Shown here in pieces: positions 8,644-17,722 of a stretch of DNA of 64,000 nt; position 1 is the first letter of the stretch; every line of letters begins with the position of its first letter. The stretch covers positions 213,862 through 277,861 of the forward strand of contig CAZOVJ010000002.1 of assembly GCA_964583685.1 (NCBI GenBank), read 5' to 3'. The position numbers and the translations under genes are program-made. The notes beneath the pieces were generated by a model. That model ran no database searches. It saw only the letters and a list, made by a program, of their open reading frames with translations, and was not told where the DNA came from. Origin of the DNA: an uncultured Gammaproteobacteria bacterium. Lineage in GTDB: Bacteria > Patescibacteriota > Microgenomatia > UBA8517.

Positions 8644-9756
8644 ATGGAGATGAAATTACAAGTTTTACAAGAAGAATTGGCAAAAGCCTTGCTCTTTTCC
8701 ATCCGCTTTGTCAATCCTCGGGCACAACTTCCGATTTTAGCAAATGTTCTTTTAGCAGCAAAAGGAAATAAACTTTCAGTTTTGGCCACAAACTTAGAAG
8801 TTTCACTAGCACTTTCAATAGGAGCGAAAATAGAAAAAGAGGGAAAAATAACTGTTCCGGCCAAGACAACGGCTGATTTAATCTCTAACCTTCCTCCCGA
8901 TTCAATTCGATTATTGGCTGAAAAAGAACAGCTGAAGGTCGCTTCAAGAGGATTTTCTGGTTTTATTTCTGGGACAAACGCTTCTGATTTTCCTTCAATT
9001 CCCCAAACTCTCGGGAAAAAGAGTTTTCAACTTCCCAAGGATGAATTTACAAAAGCCCTCAATCAGGTAATATTTGCTGCTTCGATTGAAGAGACACGAC
9101 CTGTACTAACAGGAGTCCTGTTTTTATTTGATAAGAAAAATCTGGTATTGGTTGCTTCAGACGGATTCAGATTATCGCAAAAGAAAATTTCGTTTAAGCA
9201 AACTTTAAAGCCTCAAAAGATGATTTTACCCAGAGGGGCCCTTTCTGAATTAGCAAAGATTTTGGCCACTTCTGAGGATTCTCTTTTCCTCCAAGTTAGA
9301 GAGACCGATAACCAGGCAATGTTTGGAATAGGAAGTGTAGTTCTTACAGCAAGAATGCTCGAAGGTGAATTTCCCAGTTTTGAAAAAATAATTCCTAAAT
9401 CATCTAAAGTAAAAATAAGAGTTGACAAGGAAGACTTAACCAGAGCAATAAGAACAGCCTCAGTTTTTGCAAGAGAATCAGCAAACATCGTTAATTTTGA
9501 TATTAAAAAAGGCCAGCTTTTGGTCTCTGCTGAAAGTTCAAAAAGTGGAAGTCAGAAGACGAAAATAGAGGCGAAAGTTGAAGGGGAAAGACTGAAAATT
9601 GCCTACAATTTCCGTTTTGTAGAGGATTTCCTAAGCACGGTTGAGAGTGATGAGGTGCAAGTTGAATTTACAGACACGCGCTCTCCTGGAGTTTTTAAAG
9701 ACCCAAAAGACCCGGATTTTCTCCATCTCATCATGCCCGTAAGAGTTCAGGGCTGA
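8644..9756 (+). CDS. dnaN: DNA polymerase III beta sliding clamp
   Basis: 370 aa; three-domain clamp pattern, N-term MKLQVLQEELAKALLFSIRFV...LANVLLAAKGNKLSVLATNLE. Confidence 0.9.
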   Translation: MEMKLQVLQEELAKALLFSIRFVNPRAQLPILANVLLAAKGNKLSVLATNLEVSLALSIGAKIEKEGKITVPAKTTADLISNLPPDSIRLLAEKEQLKVASRGFSGFISGTNASDFPSIPQTLGKKSFQLPKDEFTKALNQVIFAASIEETRPVLTGVLFLFDKKNLVLVASDGFRLSQKKISFKQTLKPQKMILPRGALSELAKILATSEDSLFLQVRETDNQAMFGIGSVVLTARMLEGEFPSFEKIIPKSSKVKIRVDKEDLTRAIRTASVFARESANIVNFDIKKGQLLVSAESSKSGSQKTKIEAKVEGERLKIAYNFRFVEDFLSTVESDEVQVEFTDTRSPGVFKDPKDPDFLHLIMPVRVQG

Positions 9757-9760
9757 GTTT

Positions 9761-10210
9761 TTAGATACTCATTTCTTCAAGGTCGGAACTGGTAACGCGG
9801 AGGGGCTCAAAAGAGTAATTGATAGGAGGTAATCCTCGACCGTCTTTGGATTTGACAGAAAGTTTAATATTGTAAACACTGTTGAACTTCCAAGAAGGGA
9901 CAGGTTTAAGATAGATAGTTTTATCTGTTTTGTCCGTTGATATTTCGTAGTCTGTTAAGGGATTAATGTTCACCACGATGCTTGATTTATCAACAGCCGA
10001 GCTGAAAAGAAAGGATATTGCCAAGTCGGGAATTACTATTTCTTGTTTTCCCTCAGTGGGGGAGATTTGTTCTAAGACAAAAGGGACGGGAGTTGGTGCT
10101 GGTTGAGGAGCAGGGCTTGGCTCGGGCCTGAAGATAAAAAAGAGAGTGATACCTAAAACTAAAAGAAGAACAATGGCAATTATCTTATGTCTTTTTAGAA
10201 AACTTCGCAT
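9761..10210 (-). CDS. Secreted/anchored small protein with Pro-rich linker and Ig-like beta domain
   Basis: N-terminal TM/signal (IIAIVLLLVLGITLFFIF), PAPQPAPTPVP linker. Confidence 0.4.
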   Translation of the reverse strand: MRSFLKRHKIIAIVLLLVLGITLFFIFRPEPSPAPQPAPTPVPFVLEQISPTEGKQEIVIPDLAISFLFSSAVDKSSIVVNINPLTDYEISTDKTDKTIYLKPVPSWKFNSVYNIKLSVKSKDGRGLPPINYSFEPLRVTSSDLEEMSI

Positions 10211-10224
10211 ATTTTCATTCTACA

Positions 10225-11991
10225 TTAAAAACAGAAATATTCCTCGGGTCTAACGTAGACACCGTTTATGGCAAACTCCAAGTGCAAATGAGTGTTTCCT
10301 CCTAGATTAAATAACTCTCCTATTTTTGCCCCACTGGGGATACTCGTCCCGTAATTCGCTTCCCTTTTAAGGTGGGTGAAAACGATTGTGTATCCCCTAT
10401 TGGAGTCAAGATAAACATGGCTCCAGCCGGCTCTACCATTAGAAAAGCTGTTGTCATATACCCAGATGGTTTCTTCACCCAAGACCCGGGGAGCGAGGAC
10501 ATCAGTCGAGCCTGAAGGGAAAACATCGATGGCATAACCATAATAGGAGCACCTATTTGCCTGGCCTGAGCAGATGTTTCCTGGGCTGTTCAAAGGGCCC
10601 CGGCAGCCAGTTCCCTGAGGGAGAGCATAGCGACAACTACCTCCAACCCTTATCCAATACTCATTACTGCCGTGGCCAATTTCCCGTCCAGAATCATAAG
10701 AACCGTCAAGAGCCCCACGCATTCTTCCTCCGGGAACAGGACAATCAATAGGCGGATTGCCGATGACCACAGAGGCATTTGTGCTGGCAGTTGCCCCTTT
10801 CTGTTCTGATGTGTTGGCCGTGACAGTCAGGGAGTCAATAATGATTGAGTTATCATATTCTGTCCCCAAATTTAGTGAGTAGGTAAAGGTAAAACCTTGA
10901 CCCGGAGAGATTGTTTGAGGAAGATCGTTAAGTGCTTCTATCTCTGGATTTGGTTCGGCTGCATTACTTTCTCCGATGACTTTATATTGGTTTCTGATTT
11001 GAATATTGCTTAAACTTCCTTTTTTAGCGTAAATTTTTACTGTATATTCTACTGGGCCAAAACTGGGACAGCCAGCCCTGTTCATACAATTAGGGTCTGC
11101 GGTTTTCTCAATACCGATATAAGGAGAAGTGATTGCTCCTGGGACAAATGAGGGTGCTGGGGGGACAATGTAGGCGCCGGAATTGATGATAAAGAGAATG
11201 ACGGCGACGATGAGGGGGATAGCTACTATTACAACAACTGCAGGAGCAATCATCGCTCCGAGTGCCGCGCCCAATAAACCGGGAAAGGCGACTAAAATTA
11301 CACCAAGGCCAATAGCCGCTCCTGGAACCCCGCCGACCACAGCCAGGCCAGCGGCAGTTAGGCCAGCCATTACCTTTTTCCAGTTACGCTTGAGCAAGGG
11401 AATAACCTTGGTGGCAACCTGACTAGCTAGGGCACCAACAATTGGCGAGGCGACAATTGAAGCGGCAATCCCGGCAATCTTTGAAGCCAGAAACTGAACT
11501 CCTTTTTTAAGAAGTTTAGCCAGTCCTGTTTTAGCTAGTTTTCCAATACCTTTTTTAACAAGACCGCCAACGACTTGTTCTCCGGCCATCCTTCCTACTT
11601 CACCAAACACTCCTTTTAGGGGTATTGGGTTCTGCTTGAGGTTGGTTTCTAGTCTAGTATTAAAGTTTTCTTTCCAGACATTGTGAACATCTGTATTAAG
11701 CTCAACCTTGCTGGCTTCAATATCGGCGCTATGTTGCTGGTATTCATCTAAAAGGTTCAAGACTTCTGGTTCTGGCCTGGCCGGCTGGCCCGGGACTGGT
11801 CGGGAGACCTCTTTTTGGAGCAAGCCTTGAATTTGTTGAAGTTTCTGATCAGCGGGGATGTTCTCAGGGATTGTTCCTCGGAAAAGGGAAAGGAATGTTT
11901 CTTTTGAAACTCCCCGGTATTCATCTGACTGGGGACGAAGACGGAAAAAGCTGGCGACATCGATTAAAAATTGGGCTAATGACCTTTTCAT
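10225..11991 (-). CDS. Membrane protein with C-terminal M23 (LytM-type) peptidase domain; putative T4SS-associated cell-wall hydrolase
   Basis: N-terminal coiled coil, Gly/Ala-rich multi-TM core, C-terminal YAIDVF...GNTHLHLEF (HxxxD and HxH M23 motifs); adjacent to VirB4. Confidence 0.6.
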   Translation of the reverse strand: MKRSLAQFLIDVASFFRLRPQSDEYRGVSKETFLSLFRGTIPENIPADQKLQQIQGLLQKEVSRPVPGQPARPEPEVLNLLDEYQQHSADIEASKVELNTDVHNVWKENFNTRLETNLKQNPIPLKGVFGEVGRMAGEQVVGGLVKKGIGKLAKTGLAKLLKKGVQFLASKIAGIAASIVASPIVGALASQVATKVIPLLKRNWKKVMAGLTAAGLAVVGGVPGAAIGLGVILVAFPGLLGAALGAMIAPAVVVIVAIPLIVAVILFIINSGAYIVPPAPSFVPGAITSPYIGIEKTADPNCMNRAGCPSFGPVEYTVKIYAKKGSLSNIQIRNQYKVIGESNAAEPNPEIEALNDLPQTISPGQGFTFTYSLNLGTEYDNSIIIDSLTVTANTSEQKGATASTNASVVIGNPPIDCPVPGGRMRGALDGSYDSGREIGHGSNEYWIRVGGSCRYALPQGTGCRGPLNSPGNICSGQANRCSYYGYAIDVFPSGSTDVLAPRVLGEETIWVYDNSFSNGRAGWSHVYLDSNRGYTIVFTHLKREANYGTSIPSGAKIGELFNLGGNTHLHLEFAINGVYVRPEEYFCF

Positions 11992-13766
11992 TTTGTGATA
12001 AGTCGATATTCCTCTTGGGAGGAGACAATTTTAATGGGTGCATGATGGGGTCCGGCAAAAAGAATCCCCTCGCCAATATTGGCGGCCATGAGTAATTGTT
12101 TTTCTCCTTGAGATAAATAGAAAACCTCACCCACTTTGTCAATGGCAGCAGGAGATTGCTTTAAGAGGAGTTGCATGGCTGAGTTGGTAAGAATTGCCTT
12201 GCCAATATCTTGAGCCAGGAAATCTTCAACATCTTGGGTAATGGTTGTTAATCCTAGAGAATATTTTCTGGCCCGTTTGACCACAGACCAAAGAAATTGG
12301 GCCGAGTCTGGAAACCTCATCATATGCCAGGCCTCATCAACAACCAGCAGTCTTCTTTTTCGCTCTTTTTTGATTTTTGTCCAGATAAAATCAAGAATGA
12401 TGAACATGGCGATTGGTCTTAAGACATCCTCGAGCTCTCTAACAGAAAAGACGGTAAAAGGATTTCGAATATCAATGTTCGTGTGCTGGTCAAAAATTCC
12501 CACAAAAGAACCTTTGACAAATTTTTCAATTCTAGCGGCCAGGTCAAGGGCTTCTTTTGTTTCCATGCCGATTAAAACTTTGTAAAGATCTTCCATCAGG
12601 GGTGGCTCTTTGCTTTGGCTGTTCGGGTCCTGGGTGATCCCCTTTGCCTTATAGGAGGCAACCAGAGCTCCATCAAGTAACGCTTCTTGAGAGGCGGTTA
12701 GCTGGCCCATGATTATCTTAAGAAGAGAATGGAGAGAAAGGATTTTCAATCCCAGTTGATTTTCCCCCGCTTCATAGATCTGGGAGAGACCAAAAGGATT
12801 AATTTTAGAAGGAGAGGAAAAAGAGAAGGAGATAAATTCGCCTCCAACAGCATCAGCAAGGTTTTTATATTCACTTTCCGGGTCGATGACGATTATCTCT
12901 GTTCCCAACATCAAAGACCTTAAAGACTCAAGTTTGACAAAAAAGCTCTTCCCCGCCCCGCTGGTGGCAAAGATGCTCATATTTGAATTCTCCAAAGAGA
13001 ATCTGTCAAAAATAATAAAGGACTCATTTTGAGAATTGATTCCGTACAAAACACCGCTGTCACTTGAAAGTTCAGCCGAAGTAAAGGGAAAGGTTGTTGC
13101 CAGAGAAGTGGTGTCCATGTTGCGGGTGATTACCAGTTTATCTAAGCCGAAGGGGGCGGTTGAAAGGAAACCCTGTTCCATGTCCAGCGTTGCCTGTCTG
13201 GCCACAACCATTAAAGACCCCAGGGTTGATTCAACTTGACGAGTAAGTTGATTGAGTTCCTCTAAAGATGAAGCAGGGATGGTTATATAAAAGGAAAACT
13301 CAAAAAATCTCTCTACCCCCTTAACCAACTGTTCTTGTAAAACTTTGGCATCTTCCAGTTTTGCCTGGGTTGATGGGTTGGCAATTTTACCTCTTTGTAT
13401 ATCAGTAGAGATTTCCGCCTCCATTTCAGCGATTTTACGTCTGAGATCATCGAGGACGCCTTTTCCCTCAACTGGATGAATATAAAAGGAGATATCCAGG
13501 GAGGCGTTAAAGTTGATTATCGGTTCCAACCAACCAGGGGAGACAAATCTAGGATAGCCGGCCATGAACAGGGTTCGCAGATAAACATCACCAATCTTTA
13601 TGTAGCCAAAATCAACCTCCATCTTTTCCGGGGCGATTAAATCTAAAGAATGGAGAAATTTTTGTTCAAAGGCAATCAAAGGGTCAGCGATTTTTGGCTT
13701 TTCCACTATGGGGGCAGGAACCGGAGTTGTTCTTTTCTCAACAGGCTTTTTTTTAGGCAGTTTCAT
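11988..13766 (-). CDS. virB4: VirB4/TrbE/CagE-family conjugative ATPase (C-terminal ATPase part)
   Basis: Walker A SGAGKSFF, Walker B LLVVDEAWHMM, 592 aa. Confidence 0.8.
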   Translation of the reverse strand: MKLPKKKPVEKRTTPVPAPIVEKPKIADPLIAFEQKFLHSLDLIAPEKMEVDFGYIKIGDVYLRTLFMAGYPRFVSPGWLEPIINFNASLDISFYIHPVEGKGVLDDLRRKIAEMEAEISTDIQRGKIANPSTQAKLEDAKVLQEQLVKGVERFFEFSFYITIPASSLEELNQLTRQVESTLGSLMVVARQATLDMEQGFLSTAPFGLDKLVITRNMDTTSLATTFPFTSAELSSDSGVLYGINSQNESFIIFDRFSLENSNMSIFATSGAGKSFFVKLESLRSLMLGTEIIVIDPESEYKNLADAVGGEFISFSFSSPSKINPFGLSQIYEAGENQLGLKILSLHSLLKIIMGQLTASQEALLDGALVASYKAKGITQDPNSQSKEPPLMEDLYKVLIGMETKEALDLAARIEKFVKGSFVGIFDQHTNIDIRNPFTVFSVRELEDVLRPIAMFIILDFIWTKIKKERKRRLLVVDEAWHMMRFPDSAQFLWSVVKRARKYSLGLTTITQDVEDFLAQDIGKAILTNSAMQLLLKQSPAAIDKVGEVFYLSQGEKQLLMAANIGEGILFAGPHHAPIKIVSSQEEYRLITK

Positions 13767-14445
13767 TCTGGGAATTTTCTCCTTTCTTTATGACTTTTAT
13801 GGGTTGGGGATTATATGTTTCGTAAAAAAGGTTTATTAATTGTTCTGTTGTTAGCTGTTTTAATTTAAGCCCCAAGCGACCGGCTTGTCTGATGATATGG
13901 TCACGTTTTGGGTAAAGGGCGATTTTTGCCTTTTTAATAACATAGTTTTTGGGAAAGGGAAGCGGACCAGATTTTTTGGTTGTTGCCAGGAATGATTTTG
14001 TTATTCCCAATTCAAGGTTGGAGAAGGGGATAATGATGAAAAACCTTTTGCCCAAAACATTTTTCTTTTTGATTGTTTCAGAAATGAAATTTTTATAACC
14101 AGCCATGATGACTTGAAGCTTGGGATTGCTGATTTTCTGGCCTGCTTGGTCAAGGAAGGATAAATAATTTGAGATATCCTTTCTTTGTGAGCGAATGAGA
14201 ATTTGAACAGAAAAGGAAAGGCTGTTTAGAAATGCAGCATAGGAAACAATTACCGCCTGCTGTTCCTTTTCCGACAAGAGACCGAAGTTAAGGGAAGTTG
14301 ATTCAAGAACCAGAGCAGCCCCACCGTTCTTAAAAAGAACAATGTTTTCCAGAACATCGGCTATGGGTAGCCCCTTTTGGCTGGTGGAAGAGATGGGTCT
14401 ATCAGGGATGTTCAGTAAAGGTATTTTTAGGTTTTTAATTGACAA
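13753..14445 (-). CDS. VirB4 N-terminal-domain-like protein (separate ORF overlapping virB4 by 14 nt)
   Basis: 230 aa, ...FKNGGAALVLESTSLNFGLLSEKEQQAVIVSYAAFLNSLSFSVQILIRSQRKDISNYL... resembles the N-terminal region of Gram-positive-type VirB4 proteins; 230+592 aa gives a full-length VirB4. Confidence 0.4.
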   Translation of the reverse strand: MSIKNLKIPLLNIPDRPISSTSQKGLPIADVLENIVLFKNGGAALVLESTSLNFGLLSEKEQQAVIVSYAAFLNSLSFSVQILIRSQRKDISNYLSFLDQAGQKISNPKLQVIMAGYKNFISETIKKKNVLGKRFFIIIPFSNLELGITKSFLATTKKSGPLPFPKNYVIKKAKIALYPKRDHIIRQAGRLGLKLKQLTTEQLINLFYETYNPQPIKVIKKGENSQNETA

Positions 14446-15430
14446 CTTCTACGCTCCTTTCTCTGGCCTTGGCCTTGACGGCAATGGGCGGGATTATTGA
14501 GCCCTTGGCCTCAAATTTTAGAGGGCTAAAGATTAATCCTTCTTTCTCCGTTATCAATTCATAGGTGCCGTTAATCAAGGGAGTTAGGGCTAAGAAATGA
14601 CCAGCCTTGTTGGTTTTAAATGCCCTAACCGGCCGGCCTTGGGCATCTTTTATTTCCAATATCGCGCCTTCAACTATCTTGGCCTCAGGGGTCATTACCT
14701 GACCAACTACAGTATTTGGTCTGGTTGGTGGATTGGGAGGGGCTGCTTCAAGGGAAAACTGGGGCAACTGAGCGCCGATTGCTCTTTGCCCCTTTAGAGT
14801 TTGTTCAACCATGGTTGTTTGCGGCTGGATGACGCCCACCTGGGCTGGGGCTGATGTTTCTTCAACAACAAAACCGGCCTTAGGTGGTTTAGGTGATTTA
14901 GGAATGGGTATTGTTTTTTGGGGAACCTGGACCGTTTTTTGTGGGGCAGAAGGGAGAATAGAGGTTAAGAGGGCGGTAATCTTAGAAAGAAAAGATTGTT
15001 CAGATGTTTCCAGCTTGGTTAGAAAAGGACTTTTCAATTGGGGCAGGGTTGCCAAATAAGTTTCGGCCGCTTTTTCTCCATGGGGGATGATTATTTCTTC
15101 TTTGGGAGCTGGTCTTTCTTCTCTAAAGAAAATTGGTGGCTTTTTACTTCCTCGCCAAAAATAGAGGGTTGGTGAATAAACAGACCTAAAAAAGGCGATA
15201 ATCCATTTTTCTAAAGACCTTTCTTGAAAGGGTAAAAAGGCCAGGGCTGCTCCCAGAAGGGCAAAAAACAAAATAGCCGGCCATTTAATTATCGGATGGA
15301 GAGGGGAGGCATAGAACAAAAGGGAGACCAAACAGCCCCCGGCAAGCTGAAGAAATTGCTTTAAGGTCATGTCTCCTACCAAGCGAAATTGGTAAGAAGA
15401 GATTTGTTGCGGGACAGGATGCTGCTCCAT
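14435..15430 (-). CDS. PrgI/VirB3-like two-TM protein fused to Pro-rich linker and carboxypeptidase-regulatory-like beta domain
   Basis: N-term LKQFLQLAGGCLVSLLFYA...WPAILFFALLGAALAFLPF (2 TM, PrgI-like); C-term GAILEIKDAQGRPVRAFKTNKAGHFLALTPLINGTYEL (CarbopepD_reg-like); directly upstream of VirB4. Confidence 0.4.
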   Translation of the reverse strand: MEQHPVPQQISSYQFRLVGDMTLKQFLQLAGGCLVSLLFYASPLHPIIKWPAILFFALLGAALAFLPFQERSLEKWIIAFFRSVYSPTLYFWRGSKKPPIFFREERPAPKEEIIIPHGEKAAETYLATLPQLKSPFLTKLETSEQSFLSKITALLTSILPSAPQKTVQVPQKTIPIPKSPKPPKAGFVVEETSAPAQVGVIQPQTTMVEQTLKGQRAIGAQLPQFSLEAAPPNPPTRPNTVVGQVMTPEAKIVEGAILEIKDAQGRPVRAFKTNKAGHFLALTPLINGTYELITEKEGLIFSPLKFEAKGSIIPPIAVKAKARERSVEVVN

Positions 15431-15497
15431 TGTTCTAATTTTTAGCTTATCCCATGAAGGATTGATTTCAAGTAGTGCCTGTTTTCACAGAAGGACG

Positions 15498-16148
15498 TTA
15501 GAGTTGTTTCCCTTTGTATTCTCTTGTGGTTTTTATAAAGTATTTGACAATTTCTTCTACTTTATATTCTTCTCGCAGATAATTTACGCCAAAGTCGACG
15601 ATATCCTTAGTATAAACGAGCTGTTCTAGGAAAAGCCTTGGGTTAAATTCACCCCTGAAACGCTTTATTGCTTCTTTTATGACAGAATCTATTGTTGTGT
15701 AACCTTCTTTCAGAAAAAAGAACATATCTACATAATCCCTCCAGGTACCTCGCCGTCCTATGGCATAGGCTTTATTACTTGCTAAATCGTGTAGACTGAA
15801 AAGGTTAATTGAGGTTGTCATAACGAGGGGATGTAGAGGGGGATATGGATATTTTACAAAACTGATTTTAACTTCACCTGGAGTAATGATGTCGATTTGG
15901 TTTGTAATATCTTTTATTATCTGAGAACTATGGCCAAATACTTTTCTAATTTTTTGACGTAAATAATCTGTTGTTTTGCTTTTTATAAAGATGTCGAAGT
16001 CAAAAGATTTTCGGTGTTTTATTTGAAGTGCTATAGCTGTTCCACCTCCAAGTACCCCGGTTTTCTTAAAAGACCCGAGTTTCTTAAAAACCCTAAGCCT
16101 TTCTCTGTCAAATATTTCTAGGTAAATTTTCGACATACTTACTCTCAT
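15498..16148 (-). CDS. Nucleotidyltransferase AbiEii/DUF1814-like toxin
   Basis: GGGTAIALQIKHRKSFDFDIF matches the GGTAL / R-S-D-D-F motifs of AbiEii-family NTases. Confidence 0.55.
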   Translation of the reverse strand: MRVSMSKIYLEIFDRERLRVFKKLGSFKKTGVLGGGTAIALQIKHRKSFDFDIFIKSKTTDYLRQKIRKVFGHSSQIIKDITNQIDIITPGEVKISFVKYPYPPLHPLVMTTSINLFSLHDLASNKAYAIGRRGTWRDYVDMFFFLKEGYTTIDSVIKEAIKRFRGEFNPRLFLEQLVYTKDIVDFGVNYLREEYKVEEIVKYFIKTTREYKGKQL

Positions 16149-16410
16149 CTAGGGTTTGTTTTAGGTTCTCTAAGAGAATTGTTTTAACCCAATTGAAAGA
16201 GAACGAAGAGTAAATCTTCATTGGTTTTTTTAGAAATACTTTTTTTATTTCTTCTTCTGAATAAGCCTTAAAAAGCCACTTTAAATGTTTAAAGGTGCCA
16301 TAAGCCAAGGTTTGGTTGATAATGTAGGCGCGGTCTTTTTCGAGGTCTAGACTTTTGATATCCCGTGACCAAAGAATTGGTTGTAGTCTTTGAGGAATTT
16401 TAGCTTTCAT
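16108..16410 (-). CDS. Putative cognate antitoxin (short AbiEi-like) for the AbiEii-like NTase
   Basis: 100-aa ORF overlapping the NTase gene by 41 nt, upstream position. Confidence 0.3.
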   Translation of the reverse strand: MKAKIPQRLQPILWSRDIKSLDLEKDRAYIINQTLAYGTFKHLKWLFKAYSEEEIKKVFLKKPMKIYSSFSFNWVKTILLENLKQTLDESKYVENLPRNI

Positions 16411-16640
16411 TGTAGTTTAATTATATCTTTTACTTCTTCTCCTTTCCACTTTCCCCTTGCACTCCTTGCTCCCCCGTTTTAATATAGTTCTACGAGGTTG
16501 TGTTTAAGGAAACCCGTGACCTCCTTCGCCGAAGCTTTGGCGGGGAGTTATTCGGGTGCTGTGCCGCAACTGTAATCCCGCAAAGCGGGAGAGCCAGAAA
16601 ACTAACAACCTTCGGCCAAAGGCCGACCCGCCTCTGACGG

Positions 16641-17690
16641 GTGTCCCGAGCAGGAGAAAAAATGTCAAAAGAACTTGCACTTAATACCCAACTTTGGCAG
16701 CCTAAGTTGGGTGAGTCTCCAGGACAGGCAAGAGAGAGAACGCAAAGAGATTTCGCCTCAGCCCTAATTGAGCAACATGGAGGAAAATTAGAGGAAGGGA
16801 TTAATCCCTATTTTTTGATTTTGGATTCAGATGGGGATTTAGTAGACCCGGACTCAGGCGAAAAGCTGGAGAATTTCTTGAGACGGGAAACCAGAATTGA
16901 TTTTTGGGAGAACAAGGCTTTTAAGCGGATTTCAGAGTGGGCAAGAAGGAACAGAGAGGGTTATTTGATTTGGGCGAGTCCTCCCTCCTCAGAAGTAGGC
17001 TACACAGAGTCCCGCTTTATAGTGATGGAGTTGATATCAGAACCAGAAAAGCAAAAGTCTTATCTTGAGGAACTTAAGAGTATTGGTATCGATATTGAAA
17101 TCATGGGCGGCTGGCAAAAGGTCCTTTTCTGTCGAGCCATTCGTGGCCGACAAACAGAGAAAGATTGTTTACAAATTGCTAGGCAAATTGCCCCTTTTTC
17201 TCCTGAGGAGATAGATACCTTCGAAAATACAGATGATTTGCGGGCCACTCCTATTCCTTTTGAGCCGGGTTTTGCTATGGACTGGATAGACTTTTTAGCC
17301 CAGTTTATTGAGCCCCCAGAAATTTGGCAAGCGATAAGAAGGGGCGATGATTGGCGAGCCAAAAGGAAAACGACCGAGATTGCCGATCAGATTGTTGAGA
17401 GGAACTATCCAGGTATTTTAAAAGCAACAACAGAGCTTGATTTTTTACTGGCCGGTGCCCAGATGGAGTTTGAAGCAGCTCGGATGGGAAGACCTCTTCA
17501 GGCAGTAGGTAGTTGTGGCGTGTCCAATATCGAGGCCTTGAAAAGACAAGGTATTTTTAATTTTCTTTATTCTTATTTTTCTTTAGAGAAAACCTTTCCT
17601 TGCCCAAATTGCGGCATGCCCATCCAGCGGGGTACTAGTCGGTGTCCTTATTGCGGGGCAAGAAACAAAGGCTGTCAGCTTCATAAATAG
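16641..17690 (+). CDS. Hypothetical protein with C-terminal zinc ribbon (CPNCG...CPYCG)
   Basis: 349-aa ORF with RBS GAGCAGGAG; no recognisable family. Confidence 0.5.
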   Translation: MSRAGEKMSKELALNTQLWQPKLGESPGQARERTQRDFASALIEQHGGKLEEGINPYFLILDSDGDLVDPDSGEKLENFLRRETRIDFWENKAFKRISEWARRNREGYLIWASPPSSEVGYTESRFIVMELISEPEKQKSYLEELKSIGIDIEIMGGWQKVLFCRAIRGRQTEKDCLQIARQIAPFSPEEIDTFENTDDLRATPIPFEPGFAMDWIDFLAQFIEPPEIWQAIRRGDDWRAKRKTTEIADQIVERNYPGILKATTELDFLLAGAQMEFEAARMGRPLQAVGSCGVSNIEALKRQGIFNFLYSYFSLEKTFPCPNCGMPIQRGTSRCPYCGARNKGCQLHK

Positions 17691-17722
17691 CTAAAAAATT
17701 TTCCAAATGCTAAAATATATTC

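Noticed and set aside
16495-16655. RNase P RNA, SRP RNA or 6S RNA identity for the structured region
   Set aside because: Lacks the GGAAAGUCCGG and ACAGAAACCCGGCUUA RNase P cores and the SRP domain-IV GGAAGGAAGCAGC motif; kept only as an unclassified structured RNA candidate.
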